DNA of 64,000 nt from Coriobacteriales bacterium (lineage in GTDB: Bacteria > Actinomycetota > Coriobacteriia > Coriobacteriales > CADBOM01), in contig JBMNUM010000010.1 of NCBI GenBank assembly GCA_050946275.1, forward strand, positions 1,677 to 65,676, read 5' to 3'. The notes under the pieces were generated by a model. It was not told where the DNA came from. It saw only the letters and a list, made by a program, of their open reading frames with translations, and ran no database searches. This document shows, in pieces, positions 30,854 through 40,064 of this stretch (the first letter of the stretch is position 1; every line of letters begins with the position of its first letter). Made by a program: the position numbers and the translations under genes.

Positions 30854-32764
30854 ATGGCAATCAGCGATGGCAACAACGCCCTTTCCCAGCTCCGGCGCTA
30901 TCAGGAGAGCATGGCGAATACGGAAGTCTCGCCGTCTGCCCCTCCCGTAGAGGGGGTTGGCAGGGCATGGCTGCGTGAGCATGCTCTCGATGAGGTGCTG
31001 GAGCTACCCGATGACGTGGAGCGCATGGGTGCCGTGGTCTTCGACGAGACCACGCCCCGGGTGCTGAAGCTGGGCAAGGGCATAAGCAAGATAGATAGCG
31101 GCTCGTTTTTCAGGAGCGTTCTCGAGCACATCGAGATTTCCGAGGAGAACGAGTGGTATGCAACCGACGGCAAGGCCGTCTTCTCGAAGGACGGCAGCGT
31201 GCTCGTCGCGCTTGCCGTGCCGGTGCGGGAGTACGTCGTGCCGGCGCATTGCACGAGCATCGCGCCGAAGGCCTTCTTCCGCATGGCCTCGCTCGAGAGC
31301 GTCGTGCTGCCGGATGGCGTCGTCGAGATCGGCCTTCACGCGTTCTCGCAATCGGGGCTCCGGTCGTTCGCGGCGCCGCCCGCCCTGCGCGTGCTCGGGG
31401 ACCGGGCGTTCTTCCGCTGCGCAGAGCTGCGCGATGTGACGCTCAACGAGGGGCTCGAGTCCATCGGCGAGGGTGCCTTCGCCAACACGCACGTGAGCTG
31501 CCTGCACATCCCCGGTTCGGTCAGCGAGCTCGGCGTCGACTTCGCGGCGAGCACGGGCGTCGATTTCGCCCATCCCGCGAGATGCCTGACCATCGGGGAG
31601 GGCTCGAGCCTGGTCATCGACGAGCATGGCGGGCTCTACCGCTGGCTCGACGACGGCCTGCACCTCGTGCGCATGATGAACCGCGAGGCCGAGACGTACA
31701 CCGTGCTCGAGGGAACGCGCATCATCGATGAGAAGGCGTTCCTGCGCCATCCCGACCTCCGCGAGGTCGTCATTCCCGAGGGCGTCGAGGAGGTCGGCCC
31801 CGCGGCGTTCCAGGGCTGCGCCTCGCTGCGTGAGGTCCATGTGCCCGACAGCCTCCGCGTGGTGGGGAAGGAGGCCTTCTACGACACGTCCATCGAGAGC
31901 TTCCGCATTCCCGCGGCGCTCGAGGATATCGGCGAGCTCGCGCTCGTGACACGCGCCGCCGCCCATGGCGGCCTCACGCCCTCGCTCACCTCCATCGAGG
32001 TCGATCCGGGCAACGCCATCTTCCACATCGAGGGCGGGATGGTCATCGAATACCTCCCCGCAAGGGAGTCGTACCAGGTGCTCCAGTTCCTCGATGGCGA
32101 GGAGGTCGTTACGATCCCGGAGAACGTGACGCGCATCGCGCCGTACGCCTTCGCAGGCACGACGAGCATGCGCGAGCTGCATATCAGCGATCGCGTGCGC
32201 AGGGTCGGGGCCAACGCGTTCGACGTGTCGGACAACGTCGACCTCGTGCACGTCGACGTGGTGCGCCGTCCCATCGAGGGGCATCCCTCATTCGACCTGA
32301 AGTTCCCGCCGACGAACCGTGCGCTGCACGAGTTCCAGCTGGCGTTCAGCATGTCGACGCGCCTCGATATCGAGCGCATCCTGAAGCACTACGACGACGC
32401 CATCATCTACATGAGCGACTTCGGCAACGGCGTGATGCGCGAGGGCGCCGGCTCACATGCGCAGTACGTGCAGGCCAAGTCGATCATCGAGCGCATGCAG
32501 GACCCCGTGCTCATGAGCGACCGCGCGCGGCGCCTGTTCGAGCGGACGATCCGCGGCAACATCGCCGACATCTGCGTCGCCGTCGCACGCCATGACGACC
32601 GCGATGCCGTCGATGCGCTGCTCGACCTGGGCTTCCTCGACGAGCAGAGCCTGCTGGCGGCCATCGAGGAGGTCGGCGAGCTGAAGGACGCGGCGATGAC
32701 GGGTTACCTGCTCGAGGTGAAGCGCCTCCGCTTCGGCGGGAGCGCCGTCGACTTCGATTTGTAA
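30854..32764 (+). CDS. Leucine-rich-repeat protein (BspA/LRR_5-type), no signal peptide, helical C-terminal domain
   Basis: 636 aa. Repeated xIPxxVxxIGxxAFxxCxxLxxV units, for example VIPEGVEEVGPAAFQGCASLREVHVPDSLRVVGKEAF. The N-terminus is not hydrophobic. Confidence 0.75.
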   Translation: MAISDGNNALSQLRRYQESMANTEVSPSAPPVEGVGRAWLREHALDEVLELPDDVERMGAVVFDETTPRVLKLGKGISKIDSGSFFRSVLEHIEISEENEWYATDGKAVFSKDGSVLVALAVPVREYVVPAHCTSIAPKAFFRMASLESVVLPDGVVEIGLHAFSQSGLRSFAAPPALRVLGDRAFFRCAELRDVTLNEGLESIGEGAFANTHVSCLHIPGSVSELGVDFAASTGVDFAHPARCLTIGEGSSLVIDEHGGLYRWLDDGLHLVRMMNREAETYTVLEGTRIIDEKAFLRHPDLREVVIPEGVEEVGPAAFQGCASLREVHVPDSLRVVGKEAFYDTSIESFRIPAALEDIGELALVTRAAAHGGLTPSLTSIEVDPGNAIFHIEGGMVIEYLPARESYQVLQFLDGEEVVTIPENVTRIAPYAFAGTTSMRELHISDRVRRVGANAFDVSDNVDLVHVDVVRRPIEGHPSFDLKFPPTNRALHEFQLAFSMSTRLDIERILKHYDDAIIYMSDFGNGVMREGAGSHAQYVQAKSIIERMQDPVLMSDRARRLFERTIRGNIADICVAVARHDDRDAVDALLDLGFLDEQSLLAAIEEVGELKDAAMTGYLLEVKRLRFGGSAVDFDL

Positions 32765-32773
32765 GACAAGACG

Positions 32774-32814
32774 CGGAATGGGTCGATGACGACTGCCATC
32801 GTCGACTCGTTCCG
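32774..32814. repeat. REP-like palindrome family 2
   Basis: CGGAATGGGTCGATGACGACTGCCATCGTCGACTCGTTCCG. Confidence 0.7.
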
Positions 32815-32835
32815 GGCATTTGGAAGAGCAAGACA

Positions 32836-34515
32836 ATGGTTGATGCAAGAGAATCGCAGAAGATGAGGATGGAGCGGGCCGCCCGCCTCGCATGCGAGGC
32901 GGTGGACGAGTGCCGCGTGCAGCTCATGCTCAAGTTCCGGTTCCTCGACCTGGCGCTGTGGCGCATGCCGCTCGAGCCGGTCTTCACCCGGGTGCGCTAC
33001 CCGCTCGCCACCAACGGGCATTCGGTGTACCTCGAGCCCGAGGCGGTGTTCGCGCGTTTCGAGGACTCGTTCGACGAGGTCGTGCGTGATTACCTCCACC
33101 TCATCCTCCACTGCATCTTCCGCCATCCGTTCGATAAGCAGCATGAGCAGCACCCCGCCTGGTGGCTCGCCTGCGACGTGATCGCCGAGAGCGTCGCGCT
33201 CGAGATCTGCGGGCGCAGGTTCGAGTCCCCCGATGATGCGCGCCGTCGCGAGCTGCTCTCCGAGTTCAAGGTCGTGCACGGCAAGCTGACGCCCACGGTG
33301 CTCTACGAGGCGTTCAAGCTGGCGATGGGCAGTCCGCAGGGCGATAGCTTCGCCGAGTGGACGCAGGCCCATCTCGTCGAGCTGCAGGCGCTGTTCGAGC
33401 GCGACAACCACGAGATGTGGCCCGGCTACGCCAAGGCCGAGAAGGGCAAGGAGCCCGACCTCGAGTTCATGGGCGCCGACTCGGTCCACACCGTGAAGGA
33501 GGACCTCAAGGACGCCGAGACGAAGTCGGTCGATGCGAGCGGCGGCGACGAGGAGTCCGAGGAGATTCCGGACCGCGACAACGACGCCGACGACGCGCGC
33601 GAGGGCGAGGAAGCCGAGGGTCCCGAGCAGGGCACGTCGCAGGAAGCGGATGTCGCCGACCCCGACAAGGGCGACGAGACCGACGAGGGCGGAGGGGTCG
33701 ACGCCGAGGGCAAGATGGCGTTCGTGCCGGACGACAACTCCGACAACGAGCAACCCGAGGGCCAGGAGGAAGAGGACGAGGAGGCCTGGGAGGAGATCTC
33801 GAAGCAGATCGAGACCGACCTCGAGACGTTCTCGAGCAAATGGGGCGAGGAGGCATCCGGTCTCGTCGACGCCATCGCCCTGGCCAACCGCAGAACCTAC
33901 GACTACACCGAGTTCCTGCGCCGCTTCGCCACGCTGGCGGAGGATATGCGCGTCAACGAGGACGAGTACGATTACATCTTCTACACGCTCGGCATGGAGC
34001 TGTACGGCAACATGCCGCTGGTCGAGCCGCTCGAGTACATCGAGTCGGATCGCGTGCGCGAGTTCGTCATCGCGATCGACACGTCGGGCTCCGTGCAGGG
34101 CGATCTGGTTCGCCGCTTCGTCGAGCACACGTTCGACATCCTGAAGGACACGGAGCGCTTCGGCGACACGGTGGACATCCACGTCATCCAGTGCGATGCC
34201 CAGGTGCAGGCAGACCTGCGTATCACGAACATGGATCAGCTCGACGAGTTCCTCGACACGTTCTACGTGACCGGGTTCGGCGGCACGGACTTCCGACCCG
34301 TCTTCGATTACGTTCAGAAACTCCAAGATGCCGGTGAGCTGCAGGACCTTCGCGGGCTCGTCTACTTCACGGACGGTTTGGGGACGTTCCCCAAGAAGCC
34401 GCCTGCATACGATGTTGCGTTCGCCTTCGTCGAGGACGAGACGACCGAGCCGCCCGCGGTTCCGCCCTGGGCCATGAAGGTCGTCATCGACCGCGAGGCG
34501 ATCATGCGCGACTAA
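32836..34515 (+). CDS. VWA-domain protein with a DUF2201_N-like (putative metallopeptidase-like) N-domain and an acidic insert
   Basis: 559 aa. MIDAS DTSGS at 34078-34092, and a C-terminal VWA fold pattern (VIAIDTSGSV...FTDG). The N-domain HxxxH reads HLILH (33097-33111). A D/E-rich segment spans ~33418-33840. Confidence 0.7.
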   Translation: MVDARESQKMRMERAARLACEAVDECRVQLMLKFRFLDLALWRMPLEPVFTRVRYPLATNGHSVYLEPEAVFARFEDSFDEVVRDYLHLILHCIFRHPFDKQHEQHPAWWLACDVIAESVALEICGRRFESPDDARRRELLSEFKVVHGKLTPTVLYEAFKLAMGSPQGDSFAEWTQAHLVELQALFERDNHEMWPGYAKAEKGKEPDLEFMGADSVHTVKEDLKDAETKSVDASGGDEESEEIPDRDNDADDAREGEEAEGPEQGTSQEADVADPDKGDETDEGGGVDAEGKMAFVPDDNSDNEQPEGQEEEDEEAWEEISKQIETDLETFSSKWGEEASGLVDAIALANRRTYDYTEFLRRFATLAEDMRVNEDEYDYIFYTLGMELYGNMPLVEPLEYIESDRVREFVIAIDTSGSVQGDLVRRFVEHTFDILKDTERFGDTVDIHVIQCDAQVQADLRITNMDQLDEFLDTFYVTGFGGTDFRPVFDYVQKLQDAGELQDLRGLVYFTDGLGTFPKKPPAYDVAFAFVEDETTEPPAVPPWAMKVVIDREAIMRD

Positions 34516-34537
34516 GAGCGGCAAAGGGTATCAAACG

Positions 34538-34590
34538 AGGCGGGGCCGGCTGGCAGGTTCAGAATCTGCCAGCCGGCCCCGCCTTTGCTT
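34538..34590. terminator. Bidirectional terminator between the convergent VWA and AAA+ genes
   Basis: AGGCGGGGCCGGCTGGCAG...CTGCCAGCCGGCCCCGCCT 19-bp stem followed by TTGCTT. Confidence 0.75.
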
Positions 34591-34608
34591 GATGGGTTTT
34601 GCGGGCGG

Positions 34609-36906
34609 CTATTCCTTGTAGGCGTGCACCAGGACGGCCGAGTAGACGACGTCCTCGTCGCCGGGAACCGTCTGCGCCTTCACGCCCTTCTTGAAGCCCT
34701 CGTCAGCGGGCACCTCGAACGAGTCGAGGAAGTCGATCTGCTTGAAGCCCGCCTTGGTGAGCGTGTCGACGAGCGTCTCGCGGCTGCCGGCAGCCTGGAT
34801 GCTGTTGCCGATCCCGCGCGCCGCCTCGACGACCTCGGGGTTGGGCTCGCGGTCGGTCAGGATCGTCTCGAGGACGAACACGCCGTTGGGCTTGAGCACG
34901 CGCGCGAACTCTGCGTATGCGGCCTGCTGGTCGTAGAGCAGCGTCGCGACGTTGTTGATGTAGACCATGTCGATCGACGAGGCGCCGATGCCCGCGGACA
35001 GCAGGTCCTCGGGATAGGCGACCATGAAGTCCATGTTGTTCTCCGGCAGGCCGTTGTCGTGCGCCGCGCGCACGGAGCCGGCCTCGGCCTCCTTGATGTA
35101 CTGCTCCGACCAGTCCACGCCGATGGCGATACCGCCGGAGCCGACCTTCGAGCTGATCTTGTACACGCCCTTGCCACGCCTGCACGCGACGTCGAGGACC
35201 TTCATGCCCTTCATGATGGTCGTCGGAAGGTTCATGCGGCTCATGCTCGCGAAGCCGTACTCGAACTGGCGGCCGTCGTAGTAGGCGGCGAGCTCGCGCT
35301 CGGTCGGCTTGGGCGCCTGGGCGTCAGCCGCCGTGGACAGCCCCATGTCGTCATCCGAGCCGCGCTTGGCACGCGTGTCGGTGCTGTCGCCCTCGTCCAT
35401 GCGCAGCTCCTTGATGCGCTCGGCGAGGCTCGTGCGGTTCTGGTCGACCTGCAGCTCGCTGTTGTGCGCGTAGTAGCCCTCGCTGCCGTAGTGCGCGATG
35501 AACTGCGTCGTCGTCTGGCGCGTGGTGAGCTCGGCGAGGAAGACGAGCATCTCGCGGCCGCTGCCGTAGGCGGCATCGAGGAACTCGAACGCGTTGTCGA
35601 TCTGGGACTGGGTGGCCTCGACGCCCGGGTTGATGAGCTCGACCTCGGAGCGGTACTGCTCGCTCAGCGTGTCGAACGCATGCTGGCCCGCGTGGGCGCC
35701 GAGCATGTCGCAACGGGCGATGAAGGCGCGAAGCCGCTCGATCGTCATCTTCGCGATGCGTAGGTCGTCGGAGCCGATCGTGTGCGCGTCGATCTTGCGC
35801 TGCAGCGCCTCCTCGCGGGCGGCGAGGGGAGCGGCGACCGCATCGGCTACCGAGCCGCCCTCGAGCAGGATCGGCTTCGCGCGGCGCAGCTCGTCGCGCA
35901 GCTCCAGGGTGACGGCCTCGCGCTCGAGGGCCTCGGCGCACGACTCGCCCAGCGCGTCGATGATGAGGCCGATCAGGGCGATGCGCTCGTCGAACTCGGC
36001 CTTCTTGGCGCGGTTGAGAATCGCGCGCCCGGCCTTGCCGGCGAGGATGTTGAGCACCTGGTAGTCGGAGCGGTACTTGTCGAACAGGTTGTAGTAGACG
36101 GCGAAGCGGTCGGCGATTTCCTCATCGCGCAGGAACTGCCCCACGAGGTCGCGGTCGATCGGCTTGCCCATCTCCTCGTACAGCCCGATGACCTCGGCGA
36201 GGTCCTCCCAGCCGCGCGCCGTCACGAAGCTCTTCTCGCCGCCGGGCTTGGTCTCCACGGAGTAGAAGCAGTTGCGCTTCGCCTCGAGGAACGTCGTGAC
36301 CGCCGGGTGGATGCCCTTCTCCTGCGCGTAGCGCTTCCAGGCCTCGTACTCCGGCTCGACGTCGATCTCGCGCAGGCGGTCGAGCGTGACGATGTCGAAC
36401 GTGTGCACGCTGCGGTTGTACTCGGGCGGGTTGCCGGCGCACACGATGACCCAGTCGGCGGGGATGGCGTGGCGGCCGAACGTCTTGAACTGCAGGAACT
36501 GCAGCATCGAGGGGTAGAGCGTCTCGGAGACGCAGTTGATCTCGTCGAGGAACAGGATGCCCTGGCGCAGGCCGCTTTGGGCCATGTAGTCGTAGATGGC
36601 CGAGACGATCTCGCTCATCGTGTACTCGGAGGCGTCGTACTCGAAGCCCTCGAAGTCGTAGTGCACGATGCGGGGCAGGCCGAGGGCGCTCTGGCGCGTG
36701 TGGTGCGTCATCGAGTACGAGACGATGCCGATGCCGAGCTCCTGTGCGATCTGCTCCATGATGGCCGTCTTGCCGATACCCGGCGCTCCCATGAGGAGCA
36801 CGGGGCGCTGGCGTGCGGGGCTGAGGCGGTGCAGGCCGGCCTCATCGCGAGCGAGATAGGCCTCGACGGTGTCCTTGATCTGCTTCTTGGCGGATGCGAT
36901 ATCCAT
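34609..36906 (-). CDS. AAA+ ATPase (MoxR/AAA_5-like) fused to a C-terminal class I methyltransferase-like domain
   Basis: 765 aa. Walker A GAPGIGKT (36766-36789) and Walker B ILFLDEIN. The C-terminal ~210 aa resembles ArsM/UbiE-type methyltransferases (VLDVACRRGKG...GVDWSEQ...VLKPNGVFVLE). Confidence 0.75.
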   Translation of the reverse strand: MDIASAKKQIKDTVEAYLARDEAGLHRLSPARQRPVLLMGAPGIGKTAIMEQIAQELGIGIVSYSMTHHTRQSALGLPRIVHYDFEGFEYDASEYTMSEIVSAIYDYMAQSGLRQGILFLDEINCVSETLYPSMLQFLQFKTFGRHAIPADWVIVCAGNPPEYNRSVHTFDIVTLDRLREIDVEPEYEAWKRYAQEKGIHPAVTTFLEAKRNCFYSVETKPGGEKSFVTARGWEDLAEVIGLYEEMGKPIDRDLVGQFLRDEEIADRFAVYYNLFDKYRSDYQVLNILAGKAGRAILNRAKKAEFDERIALIGLIIDALGESCAEALEREAVTLELRDELRRAKPILLEGGSVADAVAAPLAAREEALQRKIDAHTIGSDDLRIAKMTIERLRAFIARCDMLGAHAGQHAFDTLSEQYRSEVELINPGVEATQSQIDNAFEFLDAAYGSGREMLVFLAELTTRQTTTQFIAHYGSEGYYAHNSELQVDQNRTSLAERIKELRMDEGDSTDTRAKRGSDDDMGLSTAADAQAPKPTERELAAYYDGRQFEYGFASMSRMNLPTTIMKGMKVLDVACRRGKGVYKISSKVGSGGIAIGVDWSEQYIKEAEAGSVRAAHDNGLPENNMDFMVAYPEDLLSAGIGASSIDMVYINNVATLLYDQQAAYAEFARVLKPNGVFVLETILTDREPNPEVVEAARGIGNSIQAAGSRETLVDTLTKAGFKQIDFLDSFEVPADEGFKKGVKAQTVPGDEDVVYSAVLVHAYKE

Positions 36907-36996
36907 GGACGTTCTCCTTGTGTTGGTTTCCGCATGCTGGGGTACGCGTTCAATGGTAGCTGAATAACAGTTGTTCGTGCGCGAGGCTCATGCCGA

Positions 36997-37106
36997 GGGG
37001 AGCGTTCGGAGTGGATGAGAGCCCGCCGTGCTGGAGCGCTTCCCGGAGGAGCGTTCCGGCGGTTGGCCGCAGGTGGAATTGGAGTGCTGCCGGGGGAGTG
37101 CTCCAG
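36997..37106. repeat. Cluster of three REP-like family 1 units
   Basis: GGGGAGCGTTCGGA (36997-37010); CTGGAGCGCTTCCCGGAGGAGCGTTCCGG (37031-37059); TGGAGTGCTGCCGGGGGAGTGCTCCAG (37080-37106). Confidence 0.7.
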
Positions 37107-37317
37107 TCCGTTTTCATGCTGTGGGGAAACGGCTCACGAACGGCTTACGAACGAATCCTGCAAAAACTGAACTTAATTTATGTAGATTTGCTGCCAAAGA
37201 CCCTTCGGGACTCATTTTCATGTTTAAAACCCACATCATTCCAGATATGATAGGAACATGTTCTCCGTCGGCGATGGGGTCGCCTGGCGGGGGAGCGAGG
37301 TTGAGGAGGTAGTGCCT

Positions 37318-39468
37318 ATGGCTGTGTACCGCTGCACGATCTGCGGCTACGAATACGACGAGGAGAAGGAGGGCGTTCCGTTCTCCGAGCTGGAGGCGTG
37401 CCCGATGTGCATGCAGCCCGTCTCGATGTTCGAACTCGTCGAGGATGGGGATGGAGCCGATGCCGCGCCCGCGGTGCAGGCCGCTCCGGCTGCCCCTGCG
37501 GGGGAGGGCGACCTCGCCTACGATCCCGCGTTCGCCCGTCGCGACGCCTCTATCCGCCGCATGTCCGAGATTCACGAGATGTCCGTCTCGGGTCATTCGA
37601 TCCACGCCGCGATGGGCACGCAGCTGCCCATGCCCGGCTGGGATGACCTGCTGCTTCTCGGCGGCCAGCTCGCGCATCCGCCGCTGGACGATGGCGCGCC
37701 CGTCGACACCACGACCGTCATCGGCGCGCATGCCGCGAAGCCGATGGTCCTCGAGTCGCCGGTGTTCGTCTCGCATATGTCGTTCGGCGCCCTCTCGCGT
37801 GAGGCCAAGATCGCCCTGTCGAAGGGTTCGGCGCTCGCGCGCACCGCGATGTGCAGCGGCGAGGGCGGCATCCTGTCCGAGGAGCGCGAGGCCGCATACC
37901 GCTACATCTTCGAGTACGTTCCCAACAAGTACAGCGTCACCGACGAGAACCTGCAGGCAGCCGACGCCATCGAGGTCAAGATCGGCCAGGGCACGAAGCC
38001 CGGCATGGGCGGTCATCTCCCGGGCGAGAAGGTCACGGAGGAGATCTCGGCGGTGCGCGGCAAGCCGATGGGCCAAGATGTGCAGAGCCCGAGCCGCTTC
38101 GCGGAGATCACCGACCCCGCGAGCCTCAAGGCGCTCGTCGATGAGCTGCGCGAGCGCAGCGGCGGCCGCCCGATCGGCATCAAGATCGCCGCGGGCCGCA
38201 TCGAGGACGACCTCGCGTGGGTCGAGGCTTCCGGCGCCGACTTCGTGACGATCGACGGCCGTGGCGGCGCGACGGGTTCGAGTCCGCTGCTGCTGCGCGA
38301 TGCGACGAGCGTTCCCACCGTGCTGGCCCTGCGCCGCGCGCGGAAGTACCTCGACGAGATCGGCTCGAAGATGCAGCTCGTCATCACCGGCGGCCTTCGC
38401 GTCTCGTCCGACTTCGCGAAGGCCCTGGCTCTCGGTGCCGATGCGATCGCCATCGCGACGTCTGCGATGATCGCTCTGGCTTGCCAGCAGTATCGCATCT
38501 GCGGAAGCGGCAACTGCCCCGTGGGCATCGCGACGCAGGATCCCGAGCTGCGCAAGCGCCTCGATGTCGAGAAGGCCGCGCAGCGCCTGGGCAACTTCCT
38601 GAACGTCTCCACCGAGGAGCTCAGGACTTTCGCCCGTATCACGGGTCACGCATCCGTGCACGACCTCGGTCTCGACGACATCGTCACGACCGACCGCGAC
38701 ATCGCGGATTTCACCGACATTCCCCATGCGGCCTCGCCGCGTGTTGCCGCGCCCATCCCGGCCGAGGACCTCGTCGTGAGTGTCCCGTCGACGAAGAAGG
38801 GCGTGCGCAAGTTCAAGTGCATACTGTGCGGAGAGGTGTTCGAGGTTGAGGATGGACAAGAGCCTCAATGCCCCCGCTGTATGGCCCAGGGTGACAATTT
38901 GGAAGAGATCATCGAGGAGGAGAAGACCATGGCAAACCAGTACGCAGGAACCCAGACCGAGAAGAATCTGCAGACCGCATTCGCGGGCGAGTCCCAGGCG
39001 AGGAACAAGTACACGTACTTCGCGGGCGTCGCGAAGAAGGAGGGCTATGAGCAGATCGCAGCCCTGTTCCTGCAGACCGCCGAGAACGAGAAGGCCCACG
39101 CCAAGATGTGGTTCAAGGAGCTCGACGGCATCGGTGACACCGCTGCCAACCTTGCCGCCGCTGCCGAGGGCGAGAACTACGAGTGGACCGACATGTACGA
39201 TGGCTTCGCGAAGACCGCCGAGGAGGAGGGCTTCAAGGCTCTCGCCGCCAAGTTCCGCATGGTCGCCGCCATCGAGAAGCGTCACGAGGAGCGCTATCGC
39301 GCGCTGCTGAACAACGTCGAGACCGCGGCCGTGTTCGAGAAGAGCGAGGTCAAGGTCTGGGAGTGCCGCAACTGCGGTCACATCGTCGTCGGCACCAAGG
39401 CCCCGGAGATCTGCCCGGCCTGCGCGCATCCGAAGGCCTACTTCGAGATCAGCGCCGAGAACTACTAG
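37318..39468 (+). CDS. Multidomain redox protein: rubredoxin-like, GltS-type FMN domain, zinc ribbon and rubrerythrin
   Basis: ATG follows [17 protein letters not shown]...CPMC (rubredoxin-like). Central glutamate-synthase domain-2-like region ([29 protein letters not shown]). FKCILCG...CPRC. Rubrerythrin from [14 protein letters not shown] to CRNCGH...CPACAHP. No stop codon between the parts. Confidence 0.8.
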   Translation: MAVYRCTICGYEYDEEKEGVPFSELEACPMCMQPVSMFELVEDGDGADAAPAVQAAPAAPAGEGDLAYDPAFARRDASIRRMSEIHEMSVSGHSIHAAMGTQLPMPGWDDLLLLGGQLAHPPLDDGAPVDTTTVIGAHAAKPMVLESPVFVSHMSFGALSREAKIALSKGSALARTAMCSGEGGILSEEREAAYRYIFEYVPNKYSVTDENLQAADAIEVKIGQGTKPGMGGHLPGEKVTEEISAVRGKPMGQDVQSPSRFAEITDPASLKALVDELRERSGGRPIGIKIAAGRIEDDLAWVEASGADFVTIDGRGGATGSSPLLLRDATSVPTVLALRRARKYLDEIGSKMQLVITGGLRVSSDFAKALALGADAIAIATSAMIALACQQYRICGSGNCPVGIATQDPELRKRLDVEKAAQRLGNFLNVSTEELRTFARITGHASVHDLGLDDIVTTDRDIADFTDIPHAASPRVAAPIPAEDLVVSVPSTKKGVRKFKCILCGEVFEVEDGQEPQCPRCMAQGDNLEEIIEEEKTMANQYAGTQTEKNLQTAFAGESQARNKYTYFAGVAKKEGYEQIAALFLQTAENEKAHAKMWFKELDGIGDTAANLAAAAEGENYEWTDMYDGFAKTAEEEGFKALAAKFRMVAAIEKRHEERYRALLNNVETAAVFEKSEVKVWECRNCGHIVVGTKAPEICPACAHPKAYFEISAENY

Positions 39469-39506
39469 GCCCGCGCGGCGTTATGGCCGCAAACCCGTTA
39501 GAGAAA

Positions 39507-39546
39507 TCGGCCCGGCTGCGATGGTGCAGCCGGGCCGAATGCTTTT
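39507..39546 (+). terminator. Terminator after the rubrerythrin fusion gene
   Basis: TCGGCCCGGCTGC-gatggt-GCAGCCGGGCCGA followed by ATGCTTTT. Confidence 0.75.
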
Positions 39547-39632
39547 ACCGCGTGATGGTCGGGGCGGCGCGGTGCCATAGCCGACCTGTCTGCCGGGTAG
39601 CGAGTGGTGCTGCGCTCCGGTAATACGGTGCG

Positions 39633-40064
39633 CTATGCCCAGACGGCCCTCATGATGTCGGCATAGGCGTCGTCGATGACGCTTGCCGTGCGCATGACGA
39701 TCTCGACGCACATGTCGCCGGCGGTGACGTCGTCGATGATGATGTCGGTGTCGGCCACGAGGTCGTTGTCGCCGTCGATGTAGAAGCGAATCCAGCGGAA
39801 GCGGTTGTGCAGGTCGTTGAGGACCTCGAGCATGCGCGGGATGCGCTCCTCGGGGATGTTCGCGATCGGCGCCGTGAGCACGTGCACGCTGTTGCCGTCA
39901 TCGTCGAAGAAGACGCGCACGGAGAGGTGCTGGTACGTGAAGTCGCCGCCGCCGAAGTCGATGATGAAAACCGGCTGCGGGAGGTCGTCGTTGCGCGTGT
40001 ACTTGATCTCGTTGCCGTCGAGGGCGTGCTCGAAGCTGATGGCCTGGGTTGCTGCGGTCGTCAT
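39633..40064 (-). CDS. Hypothetical acidic protein, possibly YbjN/chaperone-like
   Basis: 143 aa and very acidic. Composition and length resemble the YbjN family; this assignment is weak. Confidence 0.45.
   Translation of the reverse strand: MTTAATQAISFEHALDGNEIKYTRNDDLPQPVFIIDFGGGDFTYQHLSVRVFFDDDGNSVHVLTAPIANIPEERIPRMLEVLNDLHNRFRWIRFYIDGDNDLVADTDIIIDDVTAGDMCVEIVMRTASVIDDAYADIMRAVWA

Noticed and set aside
37530-38700. Calling the central domain of the redox fusion a genuine glutamate synthase (gltB).
   Set aside because: Only the FMN/domain-2-like portion is present. There is no amidotransferase domain and no GltD-type NADPH subunit nearby. The rubredoxin and rubrerythrin context argues for a generic FMN oxidoreductase role.
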